From Candidatus Nealsonbacteria bacterium (lineage in GTDB: Bacteria > Patescibacteriota > Minisyncoccia > Minisyncoccales > PWPS01): 57,477 nucleotides of DNA. How positions within the stretch are numbered: the first letter of the stretch is position 1; every line of letters begins with the position of its first letter. The DNA lies in contig PWJI01000018.1 in NCBI GenBank assembly GCA_003560095.1, positions 1 to 57,477 on the forward strand. Direction: 5' to 3'. The notes beneath the pieces were generated by a model. It did not search any database. It saw only the letters and a program-made list of their open reading frames with translations, and had not been told where the DNA came from. The position numbers and the translations under genes are program-made. Positions 17,961 through 27,397 of the stretch are shown in pieces.

Positions 17961-18821
17961 ATGATTAAGACTGTTTTTTATTCGGATTTTTTGCACAATT
18001 ATTTTCTCTTGACTTTCGTTTTTTTGATTTTGGCATATTTAATTTCTGTTTTTTCTTATTATGTTGTGCATCGAAAAATAAAGTTATCAAATTTTCGTTT
18101 TTCTTATAGAAACTATTATATAATGGTTTCTCCGTTTCTCTTGCCACCTCTTTTTATTGGCTTCTTGGAAGGAACTCTGATTTATTTTTTGGTTTTTTTG
18201 TACTTTGGGTTTTTTGGTGTAATGGGGGAGATTATATTTTCAATATTGTGGAAAATATATTTCAAAAAACCATTTTGGGAATATAAACTTCTTACAATCG
18301 CAAATAAGTTTTCAAGTTTGCTTAATTTTATTCCTTGGGGTGTTGGCGGTTTTTTGTTTTTGCTTGTGACAAATACTTATATCAATAATTCTGGAAACAT
18401 CTTTTATCAGGAAATGAGTATAGGGGAAATGATTAATGTTTTTATATTGGCGACATCTCTTTTTATTTTACAAATTTTCCTTTTTAAAGTGATAGTGAAA
18501 TTATTTTCTTTTAAAAGAGAGAACAGAAAGATTATTTTAATAAAATATTTTTATTTTGTTTCTTCGTTTTTTTTGATAGGAATTTTTATGCCGATTTACT
18601 ATTTTGACTATCTTGTGTTATTTTTCTTTTATGGAATTTTTGCCTTTTTTGCGGAATATCTTTTCGGGAAAATGTCCAAAACAATAATTGGAAAAAAGTT
18701 ATGGACATACGAATATTTAACCATTGATAAAAAACACACAACGCCTCTTAATATTTTTCCTTTTGGTTTAGCGGGATATTATTTCTTTTTTCTCTTTTTA
18801 TTTTTGAGCTTTTTTGTATAA
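17961..18821 (+). CDS. Polytopic membrane protein with internal duplication
   Basis: Two homologous halves: KKPFWEY...SLLNFIPWGVGG and KKLWTY...TPLNIFPFGLAG. Confidence 0.7.
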   Translation: MIKTVFYSDFLHNYFLLTFVFLILAYLISVFSYYVVHRKIKLSNFRFSYRNYYIMVSPFLLPPLFIGFLEGTLIYFLVFLYFGFFGVMGEIIFSILWKIYFKKPFWEYKLLTIANKFSSLLNFIPWGVGGFLFLLVTNTYINNSGNIFYQEMSIGEMINVFILATSLFILQIFLFKVIVKLFSFKRENRKIILIKYFYFVSSFFLIGIFMPIYYFDYLVLFFFYGIFAFFAEYLFGKMSKTIIGKKLWTYEYLTIDKKHTTPLNIFPFGLAGYYFFFLFLFLSFFV

Positions 18822-18862
18822 TTATGTAAATAGGGGAAAATTATTTATAAAAAATTAAAAAA

Positions 18863-19438
18863 ATGAACAAAAAAATATTTTTATACGTAGTAATTTTTAT
18901 TCTTGCTTCTTTAACTGTTTACGGCTCGTGGTTATTAATTACAGGAAGTGATGATTTTTTCGATGGAGATGATGATTTTGATTACAGTTCTTATTATGCT
19001 CACCTTAAAGAAGAAAAAGAAAATGAGGAAGATGAAGACTTGGGAGGTTCTTGGTGGGATGATTTTGAAAAAGAAGAAGACAGGGAAGATGAAGAAAAAG
19101 AAGAAGACCAAGAAGAAAATAAACCGAAAGAAGACAATGAAGAGCTTTCTTTTAAAGAAGAAAGCGGTGCTAATGATTTTTCACTTATGGAATGCTTAAA
19201 AGAAGAGGGGGTTGTTATTTATGGAAGCAAGTATTGTGGAATTTGCACTTATTTGGTAGAAGAATTTGGAGGAAGCGAAAAGGTTTCTCCAATTTATGTT
19301 GATTGCGAATATGAAGAAGAGAGGTGTAGAGAAGAAAAAATAACATATTATTATCCGGAAATTCAAATAAAAGGTGAGTTATATGAAGGAGAGAGGAGTC
19401 TTGATAAAATAGCACGAGAAACAAATTGTGAAATATAG
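18863..19438 (+). CDS. Membrane-anchored thioredoxin-fold protein with acidic linker
   Basis: CLKEEGVVIYGSKYCGIC...YVDC...C...YPEI resembles VKOR-associated Trx domains. Confidence 0.75.
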   Translation: MNKKIFLYVVIFILASLTVYGSWLLITGSDDFFDGDDDFDYSSYYAHLKEEKENEEDEDLGGSWWDDFEKEEDREDEEKEEDQEENKPKEDNEELSFKEESGANDFSLMECLKEEGVVIYGSKYCGICTYLVEEFGGSEKVSPIYVDCEYEEERCREEKITYYYPEIQIKGELYEGERSLDKIARETNCEI

Positions 19439-19456
19439 TCCGTTAAAAAATAATTT

Positions 19457-19484
19457 TTGACAAAAAATATTTTTTTTGTATAAT
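19457..19484 (+). promoter_or_regulatory. Sigma70-type promoter
   Basis: TTGACA-16 nt-TATAAT. Confidence 0.75.
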
Positions 19485-19516
19485 ACGGACAAATTTCAAA
19501 AAGGGAGGAGATTTTG

Positions 19517-19831
19517 ATGGAATATTATTGCAGAGATGTTCTTTTTTATTTAGACAATCATTTTGAGAAAGTTGAGGATTTTAAAGAAGAGCGGTGGGGG
19601 AAGATAAGACAACATATTAGTGAGTGCAAGTCTTGCAGGAAAAAATATATTTGTAAAAAACATCAAAGGAATATTGATAATTATCTTTTCTCAAAAAAAA
19701 GAGATCATCGTCAGAGAGAATTAGAAAACGATGAAATTATTGAAGCTAGTAAGCACATTAAAGAAGGTTGTCGTTCTTGTGAAAAACATTATAGAGAAGC
19801 TCTTAATCGTAAAAGACAAACCTCTGCATAA
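19517..19831 (+). CDS. Small protein with two HxxxCxxC-like (zf-HC2-like) motifs
   Basis: HISECKSC and HIKEGCRSC, each preceded by an upstream Cys; SD aagggaggag at 19501-19510. Confidence 0.7.
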   Translation: MEYYCRDVLFYLDNHFEKVEDFKEERWGKIRQHISECKSCRKKYICKKHQRNIDNYLFSKKRDHRQRELENDEIIEASKHIKEGCRSCEKHYREALNRKRQTSA

Positions 19832-19847
19832 AGATTTTTTAAATTTT

Positions 19848-19881
19848 CCCCGCTAATCATTATTTGGCGGGGCTATTTTTT
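19848..19881 (+). terminator. Intrinsic terminator
   Basis: ccccgctaa...ttggcgggg-ctatttttt. Confidence 0.7.
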
Positions 19882-19897
19882 AAAAAGGTGAAATATT

Positions 19898-19926
19898 TTG
19901 ACAACAATAATTTTTTAAAATATAAT
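19898..19926 (+). promoter_or_regulatory. Sigma70-type promoter (consensus)
   Basis: TTGACA-17 nt-TATAAT. Confidence 0.8.
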
Positions 19927-19955
19927 TTTGTAATTTGAAAAAAGGAGGGATAAAA

Positions 19956-20156
19956 GTGAATTCTCCTTTGTGTGAGAAAGCACTAAAAAAATTTGAAGAC
20001 GGCCTTAACGGAAAACTGGAAACAGAAGAAGAAAACAGAAAGGCGCTGAAAGAATCTATTTCTCATGCTCTTGGCAAAGATTCTAATAATAACTGTACTT
20101 GTTTTTATTGCTGGCCCATAATGATTATCAAAAAAAGGGAAGTTTATGGAAAATGA
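19956..20156 (+). CDS. Small Cys/His protein, degenerate zf-HC2-like
   Basis: GTG start after SD aaggaggg; C...H...CTCFYC. Confidence 0.6.
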   Translation: MNSPLCEKALKKFEDGLNGKLETEEENRKALKESISHALGKDSNNNCTCFYCWPIMIIKKREVYGK

Positions 20157-20169
20157 AGCCGTCTTTGTT

Positions 20170-20198
20170 GCTCTGCGTTAAATCGTAGAGCTTTTTTT
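20170..20198 (+). terminator. Intrinsic terminator
   Basis: gctctgcg-ttaaat-cgtagagc-ttttttt. Confidence 0.75.
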
Positions 20199-20257
20199 GG
20201 AATAAAATATGTTCTTGATTTTAACCTCTATGAGAGATATTATTTATAATAAATTTA

Positions 20258-21034
20258 ATGAGCAAAAGACAACATATGGAAGAATTTATAAAAAAACTAA
20301 CTAAAAATGCGGGAGATTTGGTTTTACCTAATTTTAAAAAGGAAAAAGATCTTCTTTCACTAAGAAAAGGGAGCAAGGATGTGGTAACTAAGTATGACAA
20401 AGATGCTGATAATTACATTGTCAGTGAAATTAATAAAAGATACCCTGAGCACGGGATTCTAACCGAAGAATCGGGTTTTAACGGTAAAAAATCAGATTAT
20501 TTATGGATTGTTGATTCTTTAGATGGTAGTGGAAATTTTGCAAACGGAAACCCTCTGTTTTCTGTTTGCATTGCTCTCTCTTACAGGGAGGAATTAATTT
20601 TAACATCTACTTATGCTCCGGCAATTGATGAATTTTATTTCGCTAAGAAAGATAAGGGAGCTTTTTTGAACGGAAAAAGGATTAACGTATCTAGTACGAA
20701 AAAAGTAAAAGATTCTTATGTTGCTTTTTGCGATGGTCACGAAAAGGATCGAAAAAAGCTTTCCGGTAAACTCTCTCTTGTTTTTGAAAACGCAATTGAT
20801 TTAAGGAAATTAGGCTCTGCAGGAATTGAAGCGGGATGGGTGGCCATGGGAAGGTTGGATGCTTTTTTGATGTTTGAAGGAGATCCTTGGGATTTGGCTT
20901 CAGGAGTTTTAATTGTTAGAGAGGCAGGAGGAAGGGTTAGCGATATTAAAAATGATAAGTGGAAAAGAGAAAGAGGTAGTTTTATTTTTTCTAACAAAAA
21001 AATTCATGAAGAGATAAGAAGCTTAATTCAATAA
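20258..21034 (+). CDS. suhB: Inositol monophosphatase family protein (SuhB-like)
   Basis: ILTEES, WIVDSLDGSGNF, PWDLASGVLIVREAGG. Confidence 0.88.
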   Translation: MSKRQHMEEFIKKLTKNAGDLVLPNFKKEKDLLSLRKGSKDVVTKYDKDADNYIVSEINKRYPEHGILTEESGFNGKKSDYLWIVDSLDGSGNFANGNPLFSVCIALSYREELILTSTYAPAIDEFYFAKKDKGAFLNGKRINVSSTKKVKDSYVAFCDGHEKDRKKLSGKLSLVFENAIDLRKLGSAGIEAGWVAMGRLDAFLMFEGDPWDLASGVLIVREAGGRVSDIKNDKWKRERGSFIFSNKKIHEEIRSLIQ

Positions 21035-21038
21035 AGCA

Positions 21039-21572
21039 TCATTCTTCATATTTTTCTACTTTAAAACGGTATATTAAAACATCCTCTTGGTCATTAATAT
21101 TTATGCCACCTTTCTTGCAAGCGGTAAGTATTTGTCCTTTTATTGTATTTATTCCCTCCAGTCCCGGAAGCAAGAGACCGCTTTTTGAAGATTTTTTTTC
21201 TTTTACAATAATTCCGTATTTTTCAGGATCAAGCTCTTCTATTTTTTTTACTTCTTTTGGTTTTTCCAAAATACTTACCTCATAAGATAAAAGAGGGAGC
21301 TCTTCTTTTTTGACTGGCCCAAGACGATAGTCTTTGGTGCATGCCGATATCGCATTTTCAATTATTTCCTCTGCGATATTTTTTCTTGTTGGCAAGTAAG
21401 TTCCTATACAACTACGAAAATTACCCTCTTTTTTAATGGTGATAAAAACTCCCGCCCTCTCATTAAAGAGCCTTAAAGAGCCATTTTCCAAAGGAGAGAC
21501 TATTTCTTCTTTAGTAACATATTCTTCAACTGCTTTTCGGGCAAGCTTTGTAACTTCTTTTTTAAAACTCAT
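21039..21572 (-). CDS. amrA: AmmeMemoRadiSam system protein A (AMMECR1 domain)
   Basis: GVFITI...FRSCIGT, DYRLGPV, EVSIL, GLLLP. Confidence 0.9.
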   Translation of the reverse strand: MSFKKEVTKLARKAVEEYVTKEEIVSPLENGSLRLFNERAGVFITIKKEGNFRSCIGTYLPTRKNIAEEIIENAISACTKDYRLGPVKKEELPLLSYEVSILEKPKEVKKIEELDPEKYGIIVKEKKSSKSGLLLPGLEGINTIKGQILTACKKGGININDQEDVLIYRFKVEKYEE

Positions 21573-21579
21573 TTTAAAA

Positions 21580-22260
21580 TTATTGTTTTTTAAAAATAAA
21601 TTGTGTAATTAAATATCCAACTCCGAAAGGAGCTTCGTATGATATTATTTTTGGAAAATAATCTTTGTTTGTGTTTTTTTTGTAAGACTCTAAGATTCCA
21701 AAAAGAAAAGATATTGATCTTAATCCACATTCACCGGCAGAAGGATATTTTTCTTCTAGAGTTAGCATGTTTTTGATATTTTTTTCTTTAATGGAAGAAA
21801 TTATTTGTTTATCGAAATTTTTTCCATCATGGTGAAAACCGTAAGGGCCATCTTCTTTTAACCTGTGAGAAAGATCTCCGCTTGCAATGAGAGCAAAATT
21901 GATATTTTTTTCCTTGATATGTTTGTTGTAAAAATTTTGCCCCAAAAGAAAGTGTTTTTTTGGTGAAAAAGAAGAAGTAATTATGGGAACAATTTTTGAT
22001 TTTTCGATATTTACATTTTTTAGAGTATGGTAATCAAGTACTTTTTCTTGAGACAAAAAATATAAAGGCACATTAAAGCCCCAATCGGGGTGAGGAGAAG
22101 AAATTATGATTTTATCAATCTTTTTATCAGCAAAAATATCTCCAAGATTTTTCATCTTTGTGATTGTTTTTTTTACTTCTTCTTTATCTTTTTCTAGTCC
22201 AACTCCCGGAAGAAGTAGGGGTGGGTGAGGCATTATTGATGCAAAACTTATTTTACTCAT
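21580..22260 (-). CDS. amrB: AmmeMemoRadiSam system protein B (Memo/LigB-like), short form
   Basis: MPHPP, ISSPH, DWGFNVPL, IASGDLSH, AGECG, YEAPFGVGY. Confidence 0.82.
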   Translation of the reverse strand: MSKISFASIMPHPPLLLPGVGLEKDKEEVKKTITKMKNLGDIFADKKIDKIIISSPHPDWGFNVPLYFLSQEKVLDYHTLKNVNIEKSKIVPIITSSFSPKKHFLLGQNFYNKHIKEKNINFALIASGDLSHRLKEDGPYGFHHDGKNFDKQIISSIKEKNIKNMLTLEEKYPSAGECGLRSISFLFGILESYKKNTNKDYFPKIISYEAPFGVGYLITQFIFKKQ

Positions 22261-23278
22261 AATTTTTTTCCATTATGTCTAAGTTTTCGTTACACCCGGG
22301 ACACTTTCCTTTTTGATCATATCTTTCAATTGAAAACGAGGTGCGATTAATACAGAGAGTCTTGCAGTTAAAGCAGTTGGTGTCTTGATAGTTTCTTGCC
22401 GGTACGTTTCCTATATAAACATATTTCAAGCCGTTCTTTTTTCCGATTTCGCGTGCTTTCTCTAATTTCTTTTGGGGTGTTTTGGGGGTATTTTTTAGTT
22501 TCCAAGAAATTTCTCCCGAAAATTGACTGATGTGCCATGGAGTTTCGGGACCTAATTTATTGTAAATAAAAGAAGATATTTTATCAAACATTTTTTCCGA
22601 GTCGGAAATTTTTGGAATTATTAGAGTGGTTATTTCAACCCATACATTTTTTCTTTTAAAATGTATTGCTGAATGTAAAACGGGCTCTATTCTTGCCAAG
22701 CAATTTTTTTTATAAAATTTTCTTGAAAAACCTTTAATATCAATATTAACAGCATCTGTGTAAGGAGTTATGGCAAGAAGAGATTTTTTTGACATAAATC
22801 CGTGCGTTACGAGGCAATTTTTTATTTTTTCTTCTTTTGCCAATTTCATTACGTCAAAGGTGTATTCGAAGAAAGAAAGTGGATCCGTATAAGTGTAGGA
22901 GATAGTTGGCAATTTGTTTTCTTTTGTAATTTTAATTATTTTTTCAGGAGCAATAAATTTTCCTTCAATTTGCTTTTTGGCTTTTGGGGTTTGAGATATG
23001 GACCAATTTTGGCAATTTTTGCAAGAAAAAGAGCAACCGGCACAACCCAAAGAAAGAGAAAAAGTTCCCGGGTAAAAATGGTAAAAAGGTTTTTTTTCAA
23101 TAGGGTCAATATTTAGGGCAACTACTTTTCCGTAATTTAAGGAGTAAAGAGTTCCGTTAATATTTTTTTTTACACCACACTTTCCTTTTTCGTTTTTACA
23201 GAGAAGACAAAAATGACTGCAAGTTTGGCATAGTGTTTTTTTATCTTTAATCTTTTTGTATAAATAGCATTCTTTCAT
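22253..23278 (-). CDS. amrS: AmmeMemoRadiSam system radical SAM enzyme
   Basis: CQTCSHFC, DPIEKKPFYHF, GCSFSCKNCQNWSISQ, YVYIGNV; start at the internal Met of MKECYLY. Confidence 0.92.
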   Translation of the reverse strand: MKECYLYKKIKDKKTLCQTCSHFCLLCKNEKGKCGVKKNINGTLYSLNYGKVVALNIDPIEKKPFYHFYPGTFSLSLGCAGCSFSCKNCQNWSISQTPKAKKQIEGKFIAPEKIIKITKENKLPTISYTYTDPLSFFEYTFDVMKLAKEEKIKNCLVTHGFMSKKSLLAITPYTDAVNIDIKGFSRKFYKKNCLARIEPVLHSAIHFKRKNVWVEITTLIIPKISDSEKMFDKISSFIYNKLGPETPWHISQFSGEISWKLKNTPKTPQKKLEKAREIGKKNGLKYVYIGNVPARNYQDTNCFNCKTLCINRTSFSIERYDQKGKCPGCNENLDIMEKNYE

Positions 23279-23319
23279 ATAATAAATAATAACGTAAAAA
23301 AACTCTTTCTTCAATTAAA

Positions 23320-23832
23320 ATGTCTCTTGTGCTACCAAATGAATTTTACAAAAAAGACACAAAAAAGATTGCGCTTGATTTGCTTGAGTGTGATATGGTA
23401 CGTGAGATAAATAAAAAAATATTTTCTTTTCAAGTAAAAGAAGTAGAAATCTACGAAGGATTTCGTGATAGAGCATCACATGCTTTTAGAGGAAAAACAA
23501 AAAGAAACGAACTTATGTTCAAAGAGGGAGGGGTTTTTTATATTTATCTTATTTACGGAATGCATTTTATGCTTAATGTCGTTACCCAAAAAAAGGATTA
23601 TCCGGCCGCAATCTTGATAAGGAAAATTGAAAATTATGACGGTCCCGGTAAAATTACTAAAAATTTAAACATAAACAACTCTTTAAATGGTGCAAGAATT
23701 GAAAAGAGTTCCGGGCTTTGGTTTGAAAAAAAACAAAGAAAATGTAAAATAAAAAAACTGCCACGAATCGGAATTGATTATGCGGGGGAGCCCTGGAAAA
23801 GTAAGCCACTGCGTTTTAAAAGAGAAAATTAA
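23320..23832 (+). CDS. DNA-3-methyladenine glycosylase (MPG/AAG family)
   Basis: DRASHA, YIYLIYGMH, AILIR, GPGK, PRIGIDYAG. Confidence 0.9.
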   Translation: MSLVLPNEFYKKDTKKIALDLLECDMVREINKKIFSFQVKEVEIYEGFRDRASHAFRGKTKRNELMFKEGGVFYIYLIYGMHFMLNVVTQKKDYPAAILIRKIENYDGPGKITKNLNINNSLNGARIEKSSGLWFEKKQRKCKIKKLPRIGIDYAGEPWKSKPLRFKREN

Positions 23833-23850
23833 TTTTAAGTTTAAGATTTT

Positions 23851-23948
23851 ATAAACCGGTCTCTAATCGGATGAAAGAAATTCCTTTTAAGGAATAAAAT
23901 CTCTCTTCTCACATTTTTTTCACCCGTATAATTTAGAGGCCGGTTTAT
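23851..23948. other. Long imperfect hairpin in an intergenic region
   Basis: ataaaccggtctctaa/ttagaggccggtttat closing stem plus inner stems. Confidence 0.6.
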
Positions 23949-23961
23949 GGAATTTTAGTTT

Positions 23962-25179
23962 ATGTCTCAAAAAGAAAAAAATAGAATTGAATTGATGGCT
24001 CCGGTCGGGGATTTTTCGACACTTGTTTCGGCTTGTAATGCGGGAGCAGATGCCGTTTATTTTGGTGTTGGTGATTTTTCTATGAGAGCGGGAAAAAAGA
24101 ATTTTAAAATCACTGAATTGAAAAAAATCAAAAAAATTTGTGAATCTTATCCGAGAAAGCCAAAAATTTATCTAACCTTAAATACTATAATTTATGAAGA
24201 GGAGCTCAAAAAAGTGGAAAAAATAATAGAAAAAGCAAAGACTTACGTTGATGCGATAATAGTTTCTGATTTTTCCGCTATTAAAATTTGTAAAAAGAAT
24301 AATATTCCCTTTTTTATCTCTACTCAAATGTCTGTATCCAATACAAGTACCGCAGAATTTTACAGAGAGCTGGGAGCTAAGAGAATTGTTTTGGCAAGAG
24401 AATTAAATTTAAAACAAATTGGAAAAATAATTCAAAAAACAAAGATAGAGGTGGAAGTTTTTGGCCATGGAGCAATGTGCGTGGCTGTTTCGGGAAGATG
24501 TTTTATGAGTCAATTTTTATTTAATAAATCGGCAAATAGGGGAGAGTGCCTTCATCCTTGCAGAAGATCTTATATTGCAAAAGAAAAAGAGAAAGGACAC
24601 GAGCTTAAAGTTTACAGAAATACTATTTTTTCTGCAAAAGATCTTTGCACGCTACCTTTTATTGAAGAAATAAAAAAGGTGGGAGTTAATTCTTTAAAAA
24701 TAGAAGGAAGAGGAAGAGATGCTCGTTATGTTGATACGGTGGTTAGAGTTTATAGAGAGGCTCTTGATAACAAAATAACAACAGAAAGAATTGTTTTTTT
24801 AATGAAGAAAATGGAAAAAGTCTTTAATAGGGGCTTTTCTTCCGGATTTTATCTTGGAAAGCCAAGTTTTTCTGATTTTTCCGAGTTTGAAAATACAGCA
24901 TCAAAAACAAAAAAAGAATTTATAGGGAAAACGGTTCATTTTTATTCAAAAATAGGAGTTGTTTTGATTGATCTTTATAAAGATTTGAAAGTAGGAGAAA
25001 CGATTTCTTTTATTGGCAAAGATACCGGGGTAAGGGAGATTAACGTAAAAGAAATCGAGATTGAGAAGAGAAAAGTAAAAAAAGGGGAGCGTAAAACCAG
25101 AGTAGGAGTAAAGGTTCCCTTTAAGGTAAGAAATAATGAAGAGGTTTATAGATTAAGGTCTTTCTCTAAGCCAGTTTGA
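23962..25179 (+). CDS. Peptidase U32 family protein (TrhP/RlhA-like RNA hydroxylation family)
   Basis: ELMAPVG, AGADAVY, HGAMCVAVSGRC, NRGECLHPCR, SLKIEGR. Confidence 0.92.
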   Translation: MSQKEKNRIELMAPVGDFSTLVSACNAGADAVYFGVGDFSMRAGKKNFKITELKKIKKICESYPRKPKIYLTLNTIIYEEELKKVEKIIEKAKTYVDAIIVSDFSAIKICKKNNIPFFISTQMSVSNTSTAEFYRELGAKRIVLARELNLKQIGKIIQKTKIEVEVFGHGAMCVAVSGRCFMSQFLFNKSANRGECLHPCRRSYIAKEKEKGHELKVYRNTIFSAKDLCTLPFIEEIKKVGVNSLKIEGRGRDARYVDTVVRVYREALDNKITTERIVFLMKKMEKVFNRGFSSGFYLGKPSFSDFSEFENTASKTKKEFIGKTVHFYSKIGVVLIDLYKDLKVGETISFIGKDTGVREINVKEIEIEKRKVKKGERKTRVGVKVPFKVRNNEEVYRLRSFSKPV

Positions 25180-26094
25180 TATATTTTGAATATCGGAATT
25201 TCGGTTATCGGAGTAAAGTAGAACCATTATATATTTTCTCCCATTAAAATCAAAAACTCCGGTGTAGGTTTGCTTTGCTATGCCTAAATATCCCCCCTTT
25301 CCCCCCACAAATTCTTCTACTTTGTGTCCTATATTGGTGTTTCTAAAGGTGCATATTCCTCCGTGCTGAGGGCAATTCCCGGGAAGCTGAAAATTTTCTT
25401 TTGTTGTGGCTTCTAATATTTTAGGGTGATTTTCGTGAATATAAGAAATTAGTTTTACCAAGTCATTTGCCGTACTGATGTTTGGATTGGGGAATTTTGA
25501 CTGAAGACTGCTAATTCCCGCCAATCCGTGAGCATCGTAAAAACGAGCTTTTTCCATTCCGATCTCTTTTGCCTTTTTATTCATTAAAAGAACTAGACTA
25601 CCTTCTCCCATAAAGTATGTAAGAGCTTCTGATGCATCGTTTGTGGATTGTATAAGACTTGCTTTTATAAGATTTTCTGCCGAAACCCTGTATCCGGGAA
25701 GTAGGGCGGGGCTTCTTTGATTATATCCTACAAGCATATCGTGACTTAGGGTAATTGTTTCACGCGGATCAATATGCTCTACTGCAACAAGAGAGCTCAT
25801 AAGTTTGGTTATAGAGGCAATAGGATACCAAGCGTTTTCGTTTTTTGAAAGAAGGGGAGAATTGCTTTCCATATCAACAACAAGATAGGACTGAGCATTT
25901 AGCTTTTCTTTTAGTTCTATTTTTTTTAGCATCCAGCGAAGATCTCTTGCTTCTCTCTCTATTCTTCGATATCTTGATAGAAAAGACTCTCTTTGTGCTT
26001 CTGTTTTTAGTTGCGAGGAAGACAGGATTATATTTACGAATGGAAAAAATAAGAAAAAAAGTGCGATTAAAAAAATAGATACTTTTTGTTTCAT
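25153..26094 (-). CDS. Peptidase S11 D-Ala-D-Ala carboxypeptidase/endopeptidase
   Basis: PIASITKLM (SxxK), STN (SxN), GGKGG (KTG variant); N-terminal TM. Confidence 0.85.
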   Translation of the reverse strand: MKQKVSIFLIALFFLFFPFVNIILSSSQLKTEAQRESFLSRYRRIEREARDLRWMLKKIELKEKLNAQSYLVVDMESNSPLLSKNENAWYPIASITKLMSSLVAVEHIDPRETITLSHDMLVGYNQRSPALLPGYRVSAENLIKASLIQSTNDASEALTYFMGEGSLVLLMNKKAKEIGMEKARFYDAHGLAGISSLQSKFPNPNISTANDLVKLISYIHENHPKILEATTKENFQLPGNCPQHGGICTFRNTNIGHKVEEFVGGKGGYLGIAKQTYTGVFDFNGRKYIMVLLYSDNRNSDIQNISNWLRERP

Positions 26095-26217
26095 TTCTTT
26101 ATACGTCTTATTATGCTATTAAATTCTTAGTAAAATATATTTTCTTTAAATTTATTTTATTGTATAATGCCATTTGAAAGAATAACACTTATTCCAATTT
26201 AAATAAATACTATATTT

Positions 26218-27393
26218 ATGAAAACAATGCAAGTAATAAAAAAAATAAAATTGGTTGTTTTCTTCTTTTTGTTTTTCTTTTTTATCTTTACTCCTTTTTT
26301 TGAAAGCCAAGGGGAAGATGTTTTAGAGGATGCTCATGACAAGGAAGTTGTAGAAATACACTTTTTTGAATACAGGTATTGCTCGGTTTGTCGGGAAGCA
26401 AAAGAATTCATTAAGGAAATAAAAGAAGATTATCCTGAGATAGAGCTTATTATTTACCCTATATCAGAAATAGATAGAGAAAAATTTGATGAGATTGGAA
26501 AAATGCATGGAGTGGAAAATCTTGATATGACGGCACCGACAATTTTTATTGGGGATAATTATTTTCAGTTTATAAATTTTACAAAAGAAAGTGAAAATGA
26601 TCTTATACGGGCGATAGAAGGGGAGGTTGTTGATAGAGATTGCTGTATGCTAACTATTCCTTTAATTAATTTGAAAGTTAACACAAAAGACTGGTCTTTG
26701 CCTTTTGTAACGATAATAATGGGCTCTCTTGATGGATTTAATGTTTGCTCTCTTGGTGCACTTATTCTTATTTTGTCCATTGTTATTGGTTTTAAGTCGA
26801 GAAAAAAAATATTAATTTACGGGGGGTTATTTATTTTTGTGACGGTTACGGTTTACGGATTATTGGTTTTTGCTTGGAGAAGTATTCTTTACGAACCCCT
26901 TGTAGTTCATATGGAGAATATTGGAATTTTTATAGGTATTTTTGCTTTTCTTGGGGGACTTTATTTTTTTAGAGAATTTTGGAGATTTTTTCGTTACGGA
27001 CCAACTTGCAAAACTTCACAAAGTAAATTAGCGCAAAAAGCAACGCAAAAACTGCAAAAAGCTTTTGAAAATCCAACCAAAGGAGCATTGGCACTTGCCG
27101 GAAGCGTTGCTTTTTTTGCTGTAACAATAACTCTCGTAGAGCTTCCTTGCTCGATTGGTATTCCGGTTATTTATACGGGAATTCTTGCTGATGCAGGAAT
27201 ATCAATCACAGAATCCATTTTTTATATTTTACTTTATCTTTTCTTTTATATGCTAATAGAAGTTGTTATTTTTATTGGTGCTGTATTAACCAAAGAAATA
27301 TGGATGATGAATTCCAAGGCAATTACCTGGATAACTTTTGTTGGCGCAATGATTATGTTTTATTTGGCGTATTATTATTTAATAGCTGCATAA
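26218..27393 (+). CDS. Glutaredoxin-like domain fused to a DsbD/CcdA-like membrane domain
   Basis: CSVC...APTIFIG; DGFNVC and VELPC transmembrane Cys pair. Confidence 0.82.
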   Translation: MKTMQVIKKIKLVVFFFLFFFFIFTPFFESQGEDVLEDAHDKEVVEIHFFEYRYCSVCREAKEFIKEIKEDYPEIELIIYPISEIDREKFDEIGKMHGVENLDMTAPTIFIGDNYFQFINFTKESENDLIRAIEGEVVDRDCCMLTIPLINLKVNTKDWSLPFVTIIMGSLDGFNVCSLGALILILSIVIGFKSRKKILIYGGLFIFVTVTVYGLLVFAWRSILYEPLVVHMENIGIFIGIFAFLGGLYFFREFWRFFRYGPTCKTSQSKLAQKATQKLQKAFENPTKGALALAGSVAFFAVTITLVELPCSIGIPVIYTGILADAGISITESIFYILLYLFFYMLIEVVIFIGAVLTKEIWMMNSKAITWITFVGAMIMFYLAYYYLIAA

Positions 27394-27397
27394 AAAG

